Shown piece after piece: positions 39,201-48,210 of a stretch of 62,045 bases of DNA; the first letter of the stretch is position 1, and every line of letters starts with the position of its first letter. Under the pieces are notes generated by a model. That model saw only the letters and a list, made by a program, of their open reading frames with translations, did no database searches and was not told the origin of the DNA. Source of the DNA: a virus (taxonomy: Duplodnaviria > Caudoviricetes). Both the position numbers and the translations under genes were made by a program. The stretch covers positions 1 to 62,045 of IMG/VR virus record IMGVR_UViG_3300042883_000146; one strand, given 5' to 3'.

Positions 39201-41032
39201 AGATCATTATAAGGATAGTTAGGATAGTAGTATTCAGTTCCTTCTCTATCATACTTACCAACATTTCTAAGAATACCTTTTGCAACAATAGATCTATTTG
39301 TGTTTCTATTTCCCCTTACAATCTTAAAGCCTTCTATATTATCTTTCTCAGTTTGTGAAAGACCTGATGAACCAATTAACACTGCTATCTGTGATAAGTC
39401 TACACTTACACCAATAGGATATATAGCATCCTTTTGTACAGTCATTGCTCCTGGAGAGGAGAATATAGCTGATTCATAAATAGGACTTATAAGAGCATCT
39501 GGAAACTTATGATGTCTAATTGGTTGGTTTGATAAGTCTCCCCAAACTAATTCATTACATGGATATGTTTCTGTTGATTCCCAATAAGCAAAGTCACCAT
39601 ATTGGTAATTACCTTTATAGTCAACTGAAGTGTTATACTCTGGAGAAAATCCTGTTACAGTGGCACTGTTATATATCTTCCACCAAGGACTAGTTCCTGT
39701 AAGAGGATCTGGTTCTCCTATAAAATCATTATTAGTAGGAGAAACAGGATATAGGTCATTACCATTTGCAGCTCTTCCTGGAATATGAAAGCCATCAGTT
39801 TGTTTACCATTTTTTAATAAGAATACAATTTCAAATGCATACACCTCATCACGCATGTACCCACGAAGGTTAGTTGCATTAAGTCCATCAGCATAAGTTT
39901 CTGTATTAGGAATTCTATATGATTGCCATTGAAGAGTTATTTGATTTGCTATTCTTTGGTAATTAACTTTATCTATAGATGTTAATTGATCCCATACAAG
40001 AATGTCTCTCACCATTGTAACATCTTGAGCTATTTCATAATATGGAAACTTCTCAAAGATGTCTTGAAGCGTAAGTCTTATTTGTTCTTGATTTTGTCCA
40101 GTGTAAGTTATCACTGTTGAAACCTCATCAATAAAATATGTACCAACTAATTCTACAGATGTAATAGCGTTAATGGTCTTTATAACAGCTAAGTTATAAT
40201 ATTGCCATTGTCCTGTTACATCTAGATTAGATATAGTGAGCTCAATAGATCTACCTACTGGATAATTAAAATTAGGAGTGGTGAGTTGTGGATCAGAAAT
40301 AGGTGTGGGATTGGTTACTGAATAATAAGAAGAGTAACCAAATCCTATAGCATCTGAGTATTGAATAGCAAATTGATATGTACCAGCAATTAAGTCTCCA
40401 CCAGTATTGATGTCAGTCACTTCTAACTGAGGAATAGAAAAGTTAGGTTGAAGTAATAATTGATTACAATCAAGTTCTTCAGTAAATTGTGGATCACACA
40501 AGTCTGAAGAATAAGTTTGAATATAAGGAATCTTATCTATATCTAGATATCTTCTAGGATTTAATCCATCAGTCCAATAAATTTCTGTAGTACAATTTGT
40601 TATCTTATGTACTGATTTATGAATAGGATTGTTAATATTAAAGTTTAAACATTTAGCATTAACAAGAGTGCGATATATACAATCATTGTTATCCATATAT
40701 CCTATTTCAGAATCTTCTGTTTCAGGATTTACAATAAAGAATATATGTTTATTTTTTTCAAATATAGAATGAGTACCAATCAGTTGATATCCTTCAGGAA
40801 AATCAAAACAAAGTTCATTCCCTGGTTCGTTTTGATAATTGACAGAATTTGCATCAAAGTTTTCTACAGCAGCATTTAAAGCATACGTAAGACTGCCTTT
40901 GTTAATCTGATTAATAGATTGATCTAAATTTAAGCCAACAGTGGCACTGTTATATTCTTGATTAACAGCACTACTATCAGGACTAACCAGATTCTTTATT
41001 TTCGTAACTATATTATTGCTATCTTCTGCCAT
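36248..41032 (-). CDS. Muzzle / tail stabilisation protein (P22 gp10-like, crAss type), main part
   Basis: 1594 aa beta-rich; GLNLD...ALNA start, AGTYQFAIQY, GYMRDEVYAFEIVF, FGGDTFISKF, KSWISFHSYLP; synteny after ring protein. Confidence 0.75.
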   Translation of the reverse strand: MAEDSNNIVTKIKNLVSPDSSAVNQEYNSATVGLNLDQSINQINKGSLTYALNAAVENFDANSVNYQNEPGNELCFDFPEGYQLIGTHSIFEKNKHIFFIVNPETEDSEIGYMDNNDCIYRTLVNAKCLNFNINNPIHKSVHKITNCTTEIYWTDGLNPRRYLDIDKIPYIQTYSSDLCDPQFTEELDCNQLLLQPNFSIPQLEVTDINTGGDLIAGTYQFAIQYSDAIGFGYSSYYSVTNPTPISDPQLTTPNFNYPVGRSIELTISNLDVTGQWQYYNLAVIKTINAITSVELVGTYFIDEVSTVITYTGQNQEQIRLTLQDIFEKFPYYEIAQDVTMVRDILVWDQLTSIDKVNYQRIANQITLQWQSYRIPNTETYADGLNATNLRGYMRDEVYAFEIVFLLKNGKQTDGFHIPGRAANGNDLYPVSPTNNDFIGEPDPLTGTSPWWKIYNSATVTGFSPEYNTSVDYKGNYQYGDFAYWESTETYPCNELVWGDLSNQPIRHHKFPDALISPIYESAIFSSPGAMTVQKDAIYPIGVSVDLSQIAVLIGSSGLSQTEKDNIEGFKIVRGNRNTNRSIVAKGILRNVGKYDREGTEYYYPNYPYNDLSIDPFLLAQNNAYTANAKDGGNAICRNFSVTVTELDGVSPFIVEYIDCYTNTIVTKQATSVGETLNFCCLDFPSPRIISGKGCFQSNTYDIYVITPRDGSFSADFNIHFPNINATGACGDPAPYTSLCDYCANTPASDCCTQPPNKTQIGVTGATQVNSLIIPEWVSGDTDYDIKKVGSVGYDICVPKNLDGFNADGSKYRHVFNSPETSFGQPFLGDILKLENVMFGAGRAHFVQVRKNALYKLISKEAQEDALKSSTDIASITTFDASVLFAAYQSYLTIYINGITRRNYAYSFNSIGSYDYSGYIDNAATSADGILGIKQRTLDIAQYLIPGVQSVGDDKNINNWQRESSVYLKTDDAKPPLPFPDKTPSIAPSGIPMVTDDSRFVLSEKDCSKPEEISSTSVVSYYASLKNQFVNQWGQIYSYDTIDTGFQRDITPILAPVYDTVFGGDTFISKFAFKTKLPFFIDNRVGAPDDSDIYYDEIGNVAYPEYWFSARSVLSDVSVDGINLRNFISIKAHNLDCPNSQTPESNPGRTFYDGKMYLFAYGIPYFYCESGYNVDLRQAFNNKEGDFWPHVSTDIPDDWVQESNVSIAQDNTYYYNTTFSKQNTENFFSHLPINWTPDTCLTSYPFRAIYSDPQISTVGNIVNNWLIYRAVSYFDFPQNYGNLTSLDGIENKAVLARFDNKSLLYNTLLTINTSNPQAAYMGNDSLFRSSPPIDFAETDLGYVGSQNKMLLKIPQGQITIDAKRGQVFLIAGNQATDLSGYGSGMNRWFTDHLAFEIIKYFPEVDTDNHFTGVGLHGVFDSKYDRIIITKLDYIPKTNNIIYDSITKEYYVKEIVNDVEILTQVDLTDLDYFCNKSWSVSFNFNTKSWISFHSYLPNWYLAENNFFYSGLNDCCSEIDAIVGELVPQPTTTTTTTIALDCRLAGTAVAYNCELAGTAELPATTTTTTTVLYCDLGGVAQEVAPTTTTTTTTLILG

Positions 41033-41040
41033 GGTTAACT

Positions 41041-42003
41041 TTAGTTATTTCTTCTTCCGAATCTATTAGTTCTATTAGGAAGTTCATACATATTAAACCT
41101 ATTCAGATCATTTTTAATTCTTCTCTGTTTAGTCCAAGCATCTTGTTTCTTTATTTCAATATCAGCCATGATGAATGCTTCATCATGAAGTTGTTTATAG
41201 TATAGCATCTTCTGTTGTATTTGATTAAAGGTTTCATCATTAATCTGATTAGACAGAACTTCAAACACTTTGTATTTAATAAAAGCTTCTACAAATTCCC
41301 TAACACGATAATTGTCTGGGATCATTTGGTTACCAATATTATCATATTCTGTAACATACATTAATAGATGTACAACACCATCTCTAAAATTAGTAACAAA
41401 CTTATTGTCTCTAATGTCAAAAGAATCATAACTAGATGATCCTGGCGTAAATTCTCTATTCTGAGCTTCATTTGTAAAAGACCAAGCTTCTGTATAATCC
41501 ACTGTACAATTTCTATGTGCAGAAATACTTCCTGGTTTTAGTAAGTATTCTCTCTTAAAGTTTACAGAAGAAGACACAGTGCTTTTGTATATAGTCTGCT
41601 CTATTACAGTGCAAGTACCATTACAATTAGGATCTGTACATCCAGGAGATGAACAAGGATCTCCCCCTACATCTAGAGGTCTCACTTGAATATTCTCTGT
41701 TAATGTAGCTTGAGAATAAAAAGATCCAGAGTCTTGATTATCTACAGGAAGTGCTGAACATCTCCAAGCTTCTCTAACAGCAAAAAAGTTGTCAGGGAGT
41801 CTAGCTTCAAAGTCTCTAATTTCCAAAATTACTTCTGCAATTACATAAGAAGATCTTCCTAATTTTCTAAGACACTTATCAAGATAGGTGGGAAACATTA
41901 AGTCATCCACAGCACCTGTATCAAAGTAGCTTTTTAATTCTTCCTTTACAGTTGAGTAAACAGGTTCAGGAGAAACAAAATTATATTTATAATAGTAACT
42001 CAT
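41041..42003 (-). CDS. Tail ring / tubular protein (P22 gp4-like)
   Basis: ARLPDNF...VTNFRDGVVHLLMY...MIPDN; lies between IHF-like and muzzle genes as in crAss-like phages. Confidence 0.65.
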   Translation of the reverse strand: MSYYYKYNFVSPEPVYSTVKEELKSYFDTGAVDDLMFPTYLDKCLRKLGRSSYVIAEVILEIRDFEARLPDNFFAVREAWRCSALPVDNQDSGSFYSQATLTENIQVRPLDVGGDPCSSPGCTDPNCNGTCTVIEQTIYKSTVSSSVNFKREYLLKPGSISAHRNCTVDYTEAWSFTNEAQNREFTPGSSSYDSFDIRDNKFVTNFRDGVVHLLMYVTEYDNIGNQMIPDNYRVREFVEAFIKYKVFEVLSNQINDETFNQIQQKMLYYKQLHDEAFIMADIEIKKQDAWTKQRRIKNDLNRFNMYELPNRTNRFGRRNN

Positions 42004-42012
42004 AATATTAAA

Positions 42013-42489
42013 TTATTTTTTCCACTCTTGATATAGATATTGATATTTATCCTCAATTTTAAGGAAATGTGATAGTAGTCTTGATGTAGCTCTTGAAGGT
42101 TTAAAGTACCATAGTTCTAGATGTTTGAATCTAGCTGTATCTTTAAACCACATCCATCCAAAGAAGTAGCCTTCTGTATGGTAGTTGAAGTTATAAATTA
42201 CTTTGCCCTTCTCTTTAGTTTTTTGCCAATCTATAGGAAGATTAACAAACTCTTTGCCATTTATTCCTTTTGTTTTTCTTCTCTTCTTTTTGTTGATTGA
42301 AAACTCTCCAAAACCAAAAGGAAGTTTTGCTCTCTCACCAGTTTCTAGAATGTATTCTTTATAAGATTCATTAAATGCATACACTATAACTTTCCATTCA
42401 TCGAATGATATCTTTATAGAATTATGTTTCTTACAGAAGTTGTTATAATTATCTTTGCTAGAACTTCTCCAATCAACTTTGGTACGCAT
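42013..42489 (-). CDS. IHF/HU-like DNA-binding protein (crAss type)
   Basis: Basic; KLPFGFGEFSINKKK and IDWQKTK motifs; synteny. Confidence 0.7.
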   Translation of the reverse strand: MRTKVDWRSSSKDNYNNFCKKHNSIKISFDEWKVIVYAFNESYKEYILETGERAKLPFGFGEFSINKKKRRKTKGINGKEFVNLPIDWQKTKEKGKVIYNFNYHTEGYFFGWMWFKDTARFKHLELWYFKPSRATSRLLSHFLKIEDKYQYLYQEWKK

Positions 42490-42494
42490 GCATG

Positions 42495-43223
42495 TTATCT
42501 TGTTGGTGGTACATTAGGAGCCTGACCATCTATATTATCTGATGTAATATCAGTTTTTAATTGGAAGTAGGTGGATAAGAGCTTTTGTGATGTTAAATCT
42601 AACACTTGCTTTTCTAGATATCCTGGAAGAGAAAATGGTTTATCTAATGGATTCATACACCAATCTTCATCAGTTGGTCCACAACCTCCACATCCAGTTT
42701 CAGGATACATAAGCTCATTAGGAACTTCTTGTTCAAAACAAGCAGCAAGTCTAATTGCTTGAAGCAATGGATTATTTACATATAGATAATCATTTAATAT
42801 CCAATAATATTCTTCCTTTTTTATAATTGGAAGTTTTATCAAATTTGTATATCTATTGATGGTAATCTCTTTTAGTTTAGTTCCTGTGCCTCCCATAGCA
42901 TTAATAGAATAAACTCCTTGAATAAGGTATTGATAGTTTCCTTCAGATATACGAGGAATTTTGTATCTAGTTCTAGCAACATTACAAGGATCTTGATAAT
43001 CACAACATTCAGAAATAGGAACCTCAATCATTTCAAGACATGGAATAGTAGTGAATAGAGTGCTAGTGGCCCAGAGTTTTCTAAGGTTAGTCTCTCTCTT
43101 AATTAATAAAATACTATTATTCCTCACTTCAGAAGCAATAGCTCTATCTGTAATCAAACTATCTGTTGATAGGATTTTATGCATAGAACGTACATCTGAA
43201 ACTAACTTTCTTAATGTTGACAT
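42495..43223 (-). CDS. Putative tail ring protein
   Basis: 242 aa; IPCLEMIEV, YYWILNDYLYV; synteny within the tail module. Confidence 0.55.
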   Translation of the reverse strand: MSTLRKLVSDVRSMHKILSTDSLITDRAIASEVRNNSILLIKRETNLRKLWATSTLFTTIPCLEMIEVPISECCDYQDPCNVARTRYKIPRISEGNYQYLIQGVYSINAMGGTGTKLKEITINRYTNLIKLPIIKKEEYYWILNDYLYVNNPLLQAIRLAACFEQEVPNELMYPETGCGGCGPTDEDWCMNPLDKPFSLPGYLEKQVLDLTSQKLLSTYFQLKTDITSDNIDGQAPNVPPTR

Positions 43224-43226
43224 TAT

Positions 43227-44423
43227 TTATAATCTAAATTCAAACTCACTAATTTTACCTAAATCTTTATCATAAACTAAAGCGAGGGCTGCACGTACTG
43301 AGTGTACAAAGTTATTATCTGAATGCCATCTATCTGTTCCAGATAAACTAGGCATCTGTTGTATTCTCACTCCTTTAATTTCTTTAGCCATGTAATGATG
43401 TTTATCTCCTGTATGCACTTCTCTATAAGTAGCATTACCAAATGCTTGACTGTATTCAGGATGTGTTGCAAACAATAAAGGAAGATCTTCTATCTTACAG
43501 TTACCATGATGATAACCAATAAATGTATTACCTAATACAACAGCTTTCACTACACTATGTTCTCTATTAAAGATGATATTAGGATCTGCTGCAAAGTAAA
43601 CTTCTAAAGCATGTGCTAGATAATATGATTTAGTTTTATCATGATTACCTTGTACTAATACAACAATCACTTTATTAGAAACTTTTTTCATCATAGTGAT
43701 GGTCTCTACAAGTAGAGAAAATCCTAATTCATATTCATCAGCATAATCAATAATGGTATCTTGTGGAGTACCATTAGTTGTTTGATGTTGATAATTATCT
43801 GTATGAAAGAAATCGTTTGATATTGGAAATATAATTTTATCAATATCATACAATGCTTTTACATCATATATTAATGATGTAGCTGCTTTAAAATATCTTT
43901 TACATCTTTTAGATGGTGAGTTATCTCCATCTATATGTCTTTTAGCTAAGTGATAATCAGATAGAGATATTTCAACATCTATCACTTTAGCACGTTCGTT
44001 CTTAGGTTGAACTTGTTCTTTATAGTTAGATTTATAATCTACTAAAAATTTAGCAAAATCTTCAGGAGTATAATCGTTTGGTTTTTTAAGTTTGGAAAAT
44101 ACTGAAGATGTAAATTTTCCATTGGGAAGTAGTTTAGACCAATAGTTTGTAATGATATATTTATCTAAATTAATCTTATGTAATCTAGCTAACTCAATAT
44201 CATCTTTAGGTTCATAGCTTAGTATTAATATGCTTTCTATTGTTCCTGTTTCATTGTTCACTTTACGAGATGATTGATAATCTACATTGTTGTTTTTCAA
44301 CTGGTTAAGTAAATTATTAACTTCCATCTCACTAATTCCAAGCTTTTTGGCATAAAAACTTTTACTTCCTTTTTGCTTCAACAGTCTTTTTAACTGATGT
44401 AGAAGCTCTTGGTTTTCAGACAT
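43227..44423 (-). CDS. Calcineurin-like metallophosphoesterase with N-terminal HTH-like region
   Basis: SDYH, NDFFH, QGNHD, HHG and GDKHH motifs in the expected order. Confidence 0.8.
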   Translation of the reverse strand: MSENQELLHQLKRLLKQKGSKSFYAKKLGISEMEVNNLLNQLKNNNVDYQSSRKVNNETGTIESILILSYEPKDDIELARLHKINLDKYIITNYWSKLLPNGKFTSSVFSKLKKPNDYTPEDFAKFLVDYKSNYKEQVQPKNERAKVIDVEISLSDYHLAKRHIDGDNSPSKRCKRYFKAATSLIYDVKALYDIDKIIFPISNDFFHTDNYQHQTTNGTPQDTIIDYADEYELGFSLLVETITMMKKVSNKVIVVLVQGNHDKTKSYYLAHALEVYFAADPNIIFNREHSVVKAVVLGNTFIGYHHGNCKIEDLPLLFATHPEYSQAFGNATYREVHTGDKHHYMAKEIKGVRIQQMPSLSGTDRWHSDNNFVHSVRAALALVYDKDLGKISEFEFRL

Positions 44424-44451
44424 ATATAGTCGAGTTTATATAAAAATTTAG

Positions 44452-44484
44452 TAAAGATACAAAATAGTTTTTTAAAATACCAAA
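44452..44484 (-). promoter_or_regulatory. Bacteroidota-type promoter TTTG-N21-TATCTTTA
   Basis: Near-consensus -7 and -33 elements upstream of 44423, just after a terminator. Confidence 0.55.
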
Positions 44485-44532
44485 TAATTTAAACTAACTA
44501 AGTTATTGGCTATAATCAATTTAGTTATAAAT

Positions 44533-44595
44533 AAAAAAACTCCTGAGAAATTAATCTCAGGAGAATCCTGTAAAACCAACAAAACAGGATTTTTA
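44533..44595 (-). terminator. Rho-independent terminator with an adjacent second hairpin (possibly bidirectional)
   Basis: CTCCTGAGA/TCTCAGGAG stem (44540-44563) followed by T7 on the minus strand; AATCCTGT/ACAGGATT stem (44564-44591) followed by T-run on the plus strand. Confidence 0.75.
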
Positions 44596-44599
44596 TATT

Positions 44600-45142
44600 T
44601 TATGTAGCTCCACAAAGACCACAATCACTTTCACTAGTACAAGGAGGGGTTTCAGGAACACCAGGGCAATAAGTCACTGTAATTCCTGCAGGAGGTGGAG
44701 CTTCAACTGAACCTGTTACTACACATTCTGTTACTACACTATTTGCTGGTACAAGTTGAGATAATTCACTTCCACCACAAGGTGTAATTAGTATATTTAA
44801 ATCACCTTCTGTTGTATTTTCTAATCTAACACACTCACATGGATATGTAGTTGTAGATGTGGTTGTAGTTGTAGATGTACTTGTGGATGTGGTAGTAGAT
44901 GTACTAGTAGTTGTAGTGGTAGTGCCACCAACAATTAAATCAATATAATTAGTACATACAGAATCAGATTTCACTCTTATCACTATAGTTCCATTTGGAA
45001 CTAAAGAAGATGTGTATCCTGATACTAAAGAAGCTTTAGGTACATTGGTTTCAAAAGGAACTACAAACCCATCTACATCTGAATACAAATCAAATGGTCC
45101 TGTATCAGAACCTGCTAATGTAAGTGTTATTAATACTGTCAT
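44600..45142 (-). CDS. Small structural/decoration-like protein: beta domain, Thr/Ser tract, Cys-rich domain
   Basis: TTTTTTSTSTTTSTSTSTTTTTSTTT linker; 8 Cys in the C-terminal part. Confidence 0.7.
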   Translation of the reverse strand: MTVLITLTLAGSDTGPFDLYSDVDGFVVPFETNVPKASLVSGYTSSLVPNGTIVIRVKSDSVCTNYIDLIVGGTTTTTTSTSTTTSTSTSTTTTTSTTTYPCECVRLENTTEGDLNILITPCGGSELSQLVPANSVVTECVVTGSVEAPPPAGITVTYCPGVPETPPCTSESDCGLCGAT

Positions 45143-45163
45143 AATTTTTTATTTTGGTTTTAA

Positions 45164-46081
45164 TTAAAAACTTCTTATTGCTCGAGAAGAAAGTGCAGCA
45201 GCTTTGTTAATATTTGATTGTAGACCTGTGGTAAAAATATGCTGCCACGCATCTCCTGCACTAAACTCTGAACTACTCCAATAATTAGATGCTATAAATC
45301 CACCAATTGCAACTCTATTTAGATATAGTTTATTTAACTCGTCTTTACTTGGTAGATACCAATCAGAATATCCTCCTTCAACTAAATCACTACATAATCT
45401 TGCAACAATTCCTGCTGTCGCACATCCTGCAACTATATCAATTGTATTTTGATTACCAGTTCCTATTGCTGTTCCATCTGCTCCAGATATAAGTGTTCCA
45501 GCACACCCCCAAATGGCTAAACTAGGAATATTATCAGCAACAGTAGCTACAAGACCATGCTCACTACCAGCATCATATCCAGGATCTCCTGGTTGTAATA
45601 TATATGCAATCTTACCACCTAATGCAGATTCTCCAATAGTATATGTTCCTGGAGGAATAGGTGCTATTGTAGTAGTAGTGGTTGTTGTAGTTGGTGCGAT
45701 TGTTGTTGTTGTAGTGGTGGTGGTAGATGTACTACTTGTTGTTGTAGTTGTGCTACTAGTGGAAGAAGATGTTGTTGTTGTTGTAGGTGTAATAGAACAA
45801 GAAGCTACTAATTGACAAAAGTATGCTTGGAGAAGAGGAGTGTTCTCAATTGTATCTATAATATGTGCTATAAATTCATCAGAGCACATTCTATTATCTA
45901 TCTTCTGTAAAGCTACTTGTAAATTATCTTGTGATTGAATTCCTGTACAAGCTAAGTTAGGTCCATTATATATAATTCTATCACTTGTTAAACATACAGG
46001 TTCACAAGGATTATCACAAGCAAATGGAAATGCAATTCTATAAGCTTCATTATAACAAGGCATTCCTGGTAAACAAGACAT
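45164..46081 (-). CDS. Fibre/adhesin with Cys-rich N-terminal module, Thr/Ser stalk and C-terminal DUF1566 (Lcl-type, C-type-lectin-like) domain
   Basis: GYSDWYLPSKDELNKLY...YWSSSE...AW...RAIRSF. Confidence 0.75.
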   Translation of the reverse strand: MSCLPGMPCYNEAYRIAFPFACDNPCEPVCLTSDRIIYNGPNLACTGIQSQDNLQVALQKIDNRMCSDEFIAHIIDTIENTPLLQAYFCQLVASCSITPTTTTTSSSTSSTTTTTSSTSTTTTTTTTIAPTTTTTTTTIAPIPPGTYTIGESALGGKIAYILQPGDPGYDAGSEHGLVATVADNIPSLAIWGCAGTLISGADGTAIGTGNQNTIDIVAGCATAGIVARLCSDLVEGGYSDWYLPSKDELNKLYLNRVAIGGFIASNYWSSSEFSAGDAWQHIFTTGLQSNINKAAALSSRAIRSF

Positions 46082-46090
46082 AATTTAAAA

Positions 46091-47170
46091 TTAAGGAATG
46101 TATATAATATAATTTGTTGCCAAAGCTGGCTGATAATTTGGATGTGATAAACCACCTCCTGCACTAGCATTTGTTACTGATACAGAAATTCCAGTTGTAG
46201 AAGAAGAAGTGTTAGTACTAACACCTGCTTGAAAAAATTCACTTCCTGTTGTTCCTCTTTGATAAAAAGTACCAGATGTATTAAGATAGGTATGAGTGTG
46301 ACCAGGATCAGTGACTGATACAGTGTTTGTATGTGTATGTGCAGGAATTTGTGTTGTAGTTAAAAGTACATTGTTTGTGCCATTCACTGAGTTTAATGTA
46401 TATGTAGGATTACCTGGAATAGCTGGATCTACTGCAGCAGACATTGCTCCTCCAGGAACACCTGTTGTTACACCTACACCCACTCTACCCCTTTTATCAG
46501 GAGTACCATTAGATCCATTACATATATAAATCTTATCCCATCCTAAGCCTGCAATACCTGCTCCAGAACCATCAAAATTAGATAATGGACCATAGTATTC
46601 CACTGCAGTGAATGGAACCATCTTAGCGTTCTGTTGAAGGGTTGGAGTTATTGAATTTAGATAGGCTTGTATTAATGCATCTAGATCAGCAAGTTTAACA
46701 TAGTTTGTATCTACATCTACAGCAAGAGCTACTAATGCAGCATCCACATCACAAAGTTTTGTGATTACAGCTTGTAAGATATCATGTGTTCCACTTGTAG
46801 CAGATACGCCTGTTAAACACTCAACATCATAATTTTCCTCAAGAGCTGCAAGTTCTGCAACAATTACATCTATTTGAGCTTGTAAATCACATGCTGCTTG
46901 AACTAAAGCTTTGAAAAGGTTTAACGCATTTAAGTCTTCACAATCAGGAAGATATTGACTAACCACCTCACAAATAATTTCAGGATATATAGTTAATTTA
47001 ATTCCTGTACCATCTAATGTAGATGTAAGAAATTCAATAAGAGCCTGTTCTACATAAGACAGAGAGTCTCCTGTTTGTATTCCCAAAATAGGAACATCTA
47101 TTCCTGTGTATCTAACACACTTATCTGAGACAATCTCAGTACATCCATTATAGCAATTTGAACAAGACAT
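46091..47170 (-). CDS. Tail-collar-domain fibre protein
   Basis: ICNGSNGTPDKRGRVGVG...LTTTQIPAHTH...DPGHTH...SHPNYQP..ATNYII collar/short-fibre signature; coiled-coil middle. Confidence 0.8.
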   Translation of the reverse strand: MSCSNCYNGCTEIVSDKCVRYTGIDVPILGIQTGDSLSYVEQALIEFLTSTLDGTGIKLTIYPEIICEVVSQYLPDCEDLNALNLFKALVQAACDLQAQIDVIVAELAALEENYDVECLTGVSATSGTHDILQAVITKLCDVDAALVALAVDVDTNYVKLADLDALIQAYLNSITPTLQQNAKMVPFTAVEYYGPLSNFDGSGAGIAGLGWDKIYICNGSNGTPDKRGRVGVGVTTGVPGGAMSAAVDPAIPGNPTYTLNSVNGTNNVLLTTTQIPAHTHTNTVSVTDPGHTHTYLNTSGTFYQRGTTGSEFFQAGVSTNTSSSTTGISVSVTNASAGGGLSHPNYQPALATNYIIYIP

Positions 47171-47172
47171 GT

Positions 47173-47439
47173 TTATTTATATTTTAAAAGTTTCACTCTA
47201 CTAGCAATCATTTCTACAGTGAATGGTGCAGCGTAATCTGGATTACAAAGTTTATACGTTAATATTCTTTTGTAATTCAGAAGGTCCATCATAGCTTCTG
47301 CTGGTATGGGTTGGTTTAATAAATAGATAATATTATTATATAGAGTGCTTGCTAATTCTGTTAGTCTGCAATCTATATCAATTAAAAGTGCTGTAACTGT
47401 AGCACATGCTGGATAAGTGGTAAGTCTAGGAGTTAACAT
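47173..47439 (-). CDS. Small hypothetical structural protein
   Basis: 88-aa ORF tightly packed in the operon. Confidence 0.6.
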   Translation of the reverse strand: MLTPRLTTYPACATVTALLIDIDCRLTELASTLYNNIIYLLNQPIPAEAMMDLLNYKRILTYKLCNPDYAAPFTVEMIASRVKLLKYK

Positions 47440-47551
47440 ATTTTATAACTTGTTTAAACTTTGTAGCAGCTGCACGACACATTGCACAAAGACCATTAAC
47501 TAATTGACAACCACATCCAAAATTTCCATTACATCCTCTACAAGTAGCCAT
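47426..47551 (-). CDS. Small Cys-rich protein (41 aa), absent from the ORF track
   Basis: Manual translation MATCRGCNGNFGCGCQLVNGLCAMCRAAATKFKQVIKYVNS*; fills the gap between two co-oriented genes. Confidence 0.7.
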   Translation of the reverse strand: MATCRGCNGNFGCGCQLVNGLCAMCRAAATKFKQVIKYVNS

Positions 47552-47552
47552 A

Positions 47553-48119
47553 TTATCTAAAGTTTACAACATAGTTATTACCAGAACAATAACAGTTATT
47601 TCTAATAAAATTATCTAGCATATTATTTGCTTGAGTGTATAATCTATTAGATTCAGTTATTGCACAATTATTTGCAGCAGCTATAGACCCTTGAATAAAG
47701 AAGTATATACTTGTAAGATTAACTTTCTGTTGAGTCTTTATAGCTCTATCGCATTCCATCATATCAAGTTTCATAAATGCTTCATCAAACTTCTCTTGTA
47801 TTTTATCCACTCGCATTATGCTTCTTTCAACAAAGTTTTCATATGCAGGTTCAACAGTGTATCTAAGAGTGTATATTCCATCAGGAAGAGGTATTAAAGG
47901 TTGTCCTAAAATACTTAGCCCTAATGATGCAGATGTAAATATATTAAAATCATTAGGTGTAAAAGGAAGAATTACAATTCCTAATGATGGAACATTTATT
48001 TCAATTGTAGGAGCTGTTACAATAGGAGGATTGGTAGGATATGTTGATGCATCAGCCACACCTAATGTTAACGTACTATATGTAGGTACTACTATTATAT
48101 CTAGATTTAAAGCTGGCAT
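47553..48119 (-). CDS. Putative structural protein (tail hub-like by position)
   Basis: LPDGIYTLRYTV beta motif plus helical Cys-containing C-terminus; synteny only. Confidence 0.5.
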   Translation of the reverse strand: MPALNLDIIVVPTYSTLTLGVADASTYPTNPPIVTAPTIEINVPSLGIVILPFTPNDFNIFTSASLGLSILGQPLIPLPDGIYTLRYTVEPAYENFVERSIMRVDKIQEKFDEAFMKLDMMECDRAIKTQQKVNLTSIYFFIQGSIAAANNCAITESNRLYTQANNMLDNFIRNNCYCSGNNYVVNFR

Positions 48120-48135
48120 AATTAGTTTAAATAAA

Positions 48136-48178
48136 TATGCCAGAGGATCTGAGATTTAATCCTCTCACCTCTGGCATA
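48136..48178 (-). terminator. Long stem-loop after the putative auxiliary capsid gene (terminator or processing site)
   Basis: TATGCCAGAGG/CCTCTGGCATA 11-bp stem plus inner TGAGA/TCTCA; TTTATTT follows on the minus strand. Confidence 0.6.
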
Positions 48179-48210
48179 GGTTATGTGATATTTAATTTAC
48201 AACTATCCAA

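Noticed and set aside
45164-45300. Diversity-generating retroelement
   Set aside because: A target-like domain is present but no reverse transcriptase or template repeat is visible in the window
10427-47428. Genome-wide TAG recoding as in some crAss-like phages
   Set aside because: Very long ORFs have no internal TAG under the standard code, and TAG ends genes at 10427, 10774 and 47426; only the 36248 junction is suggestive
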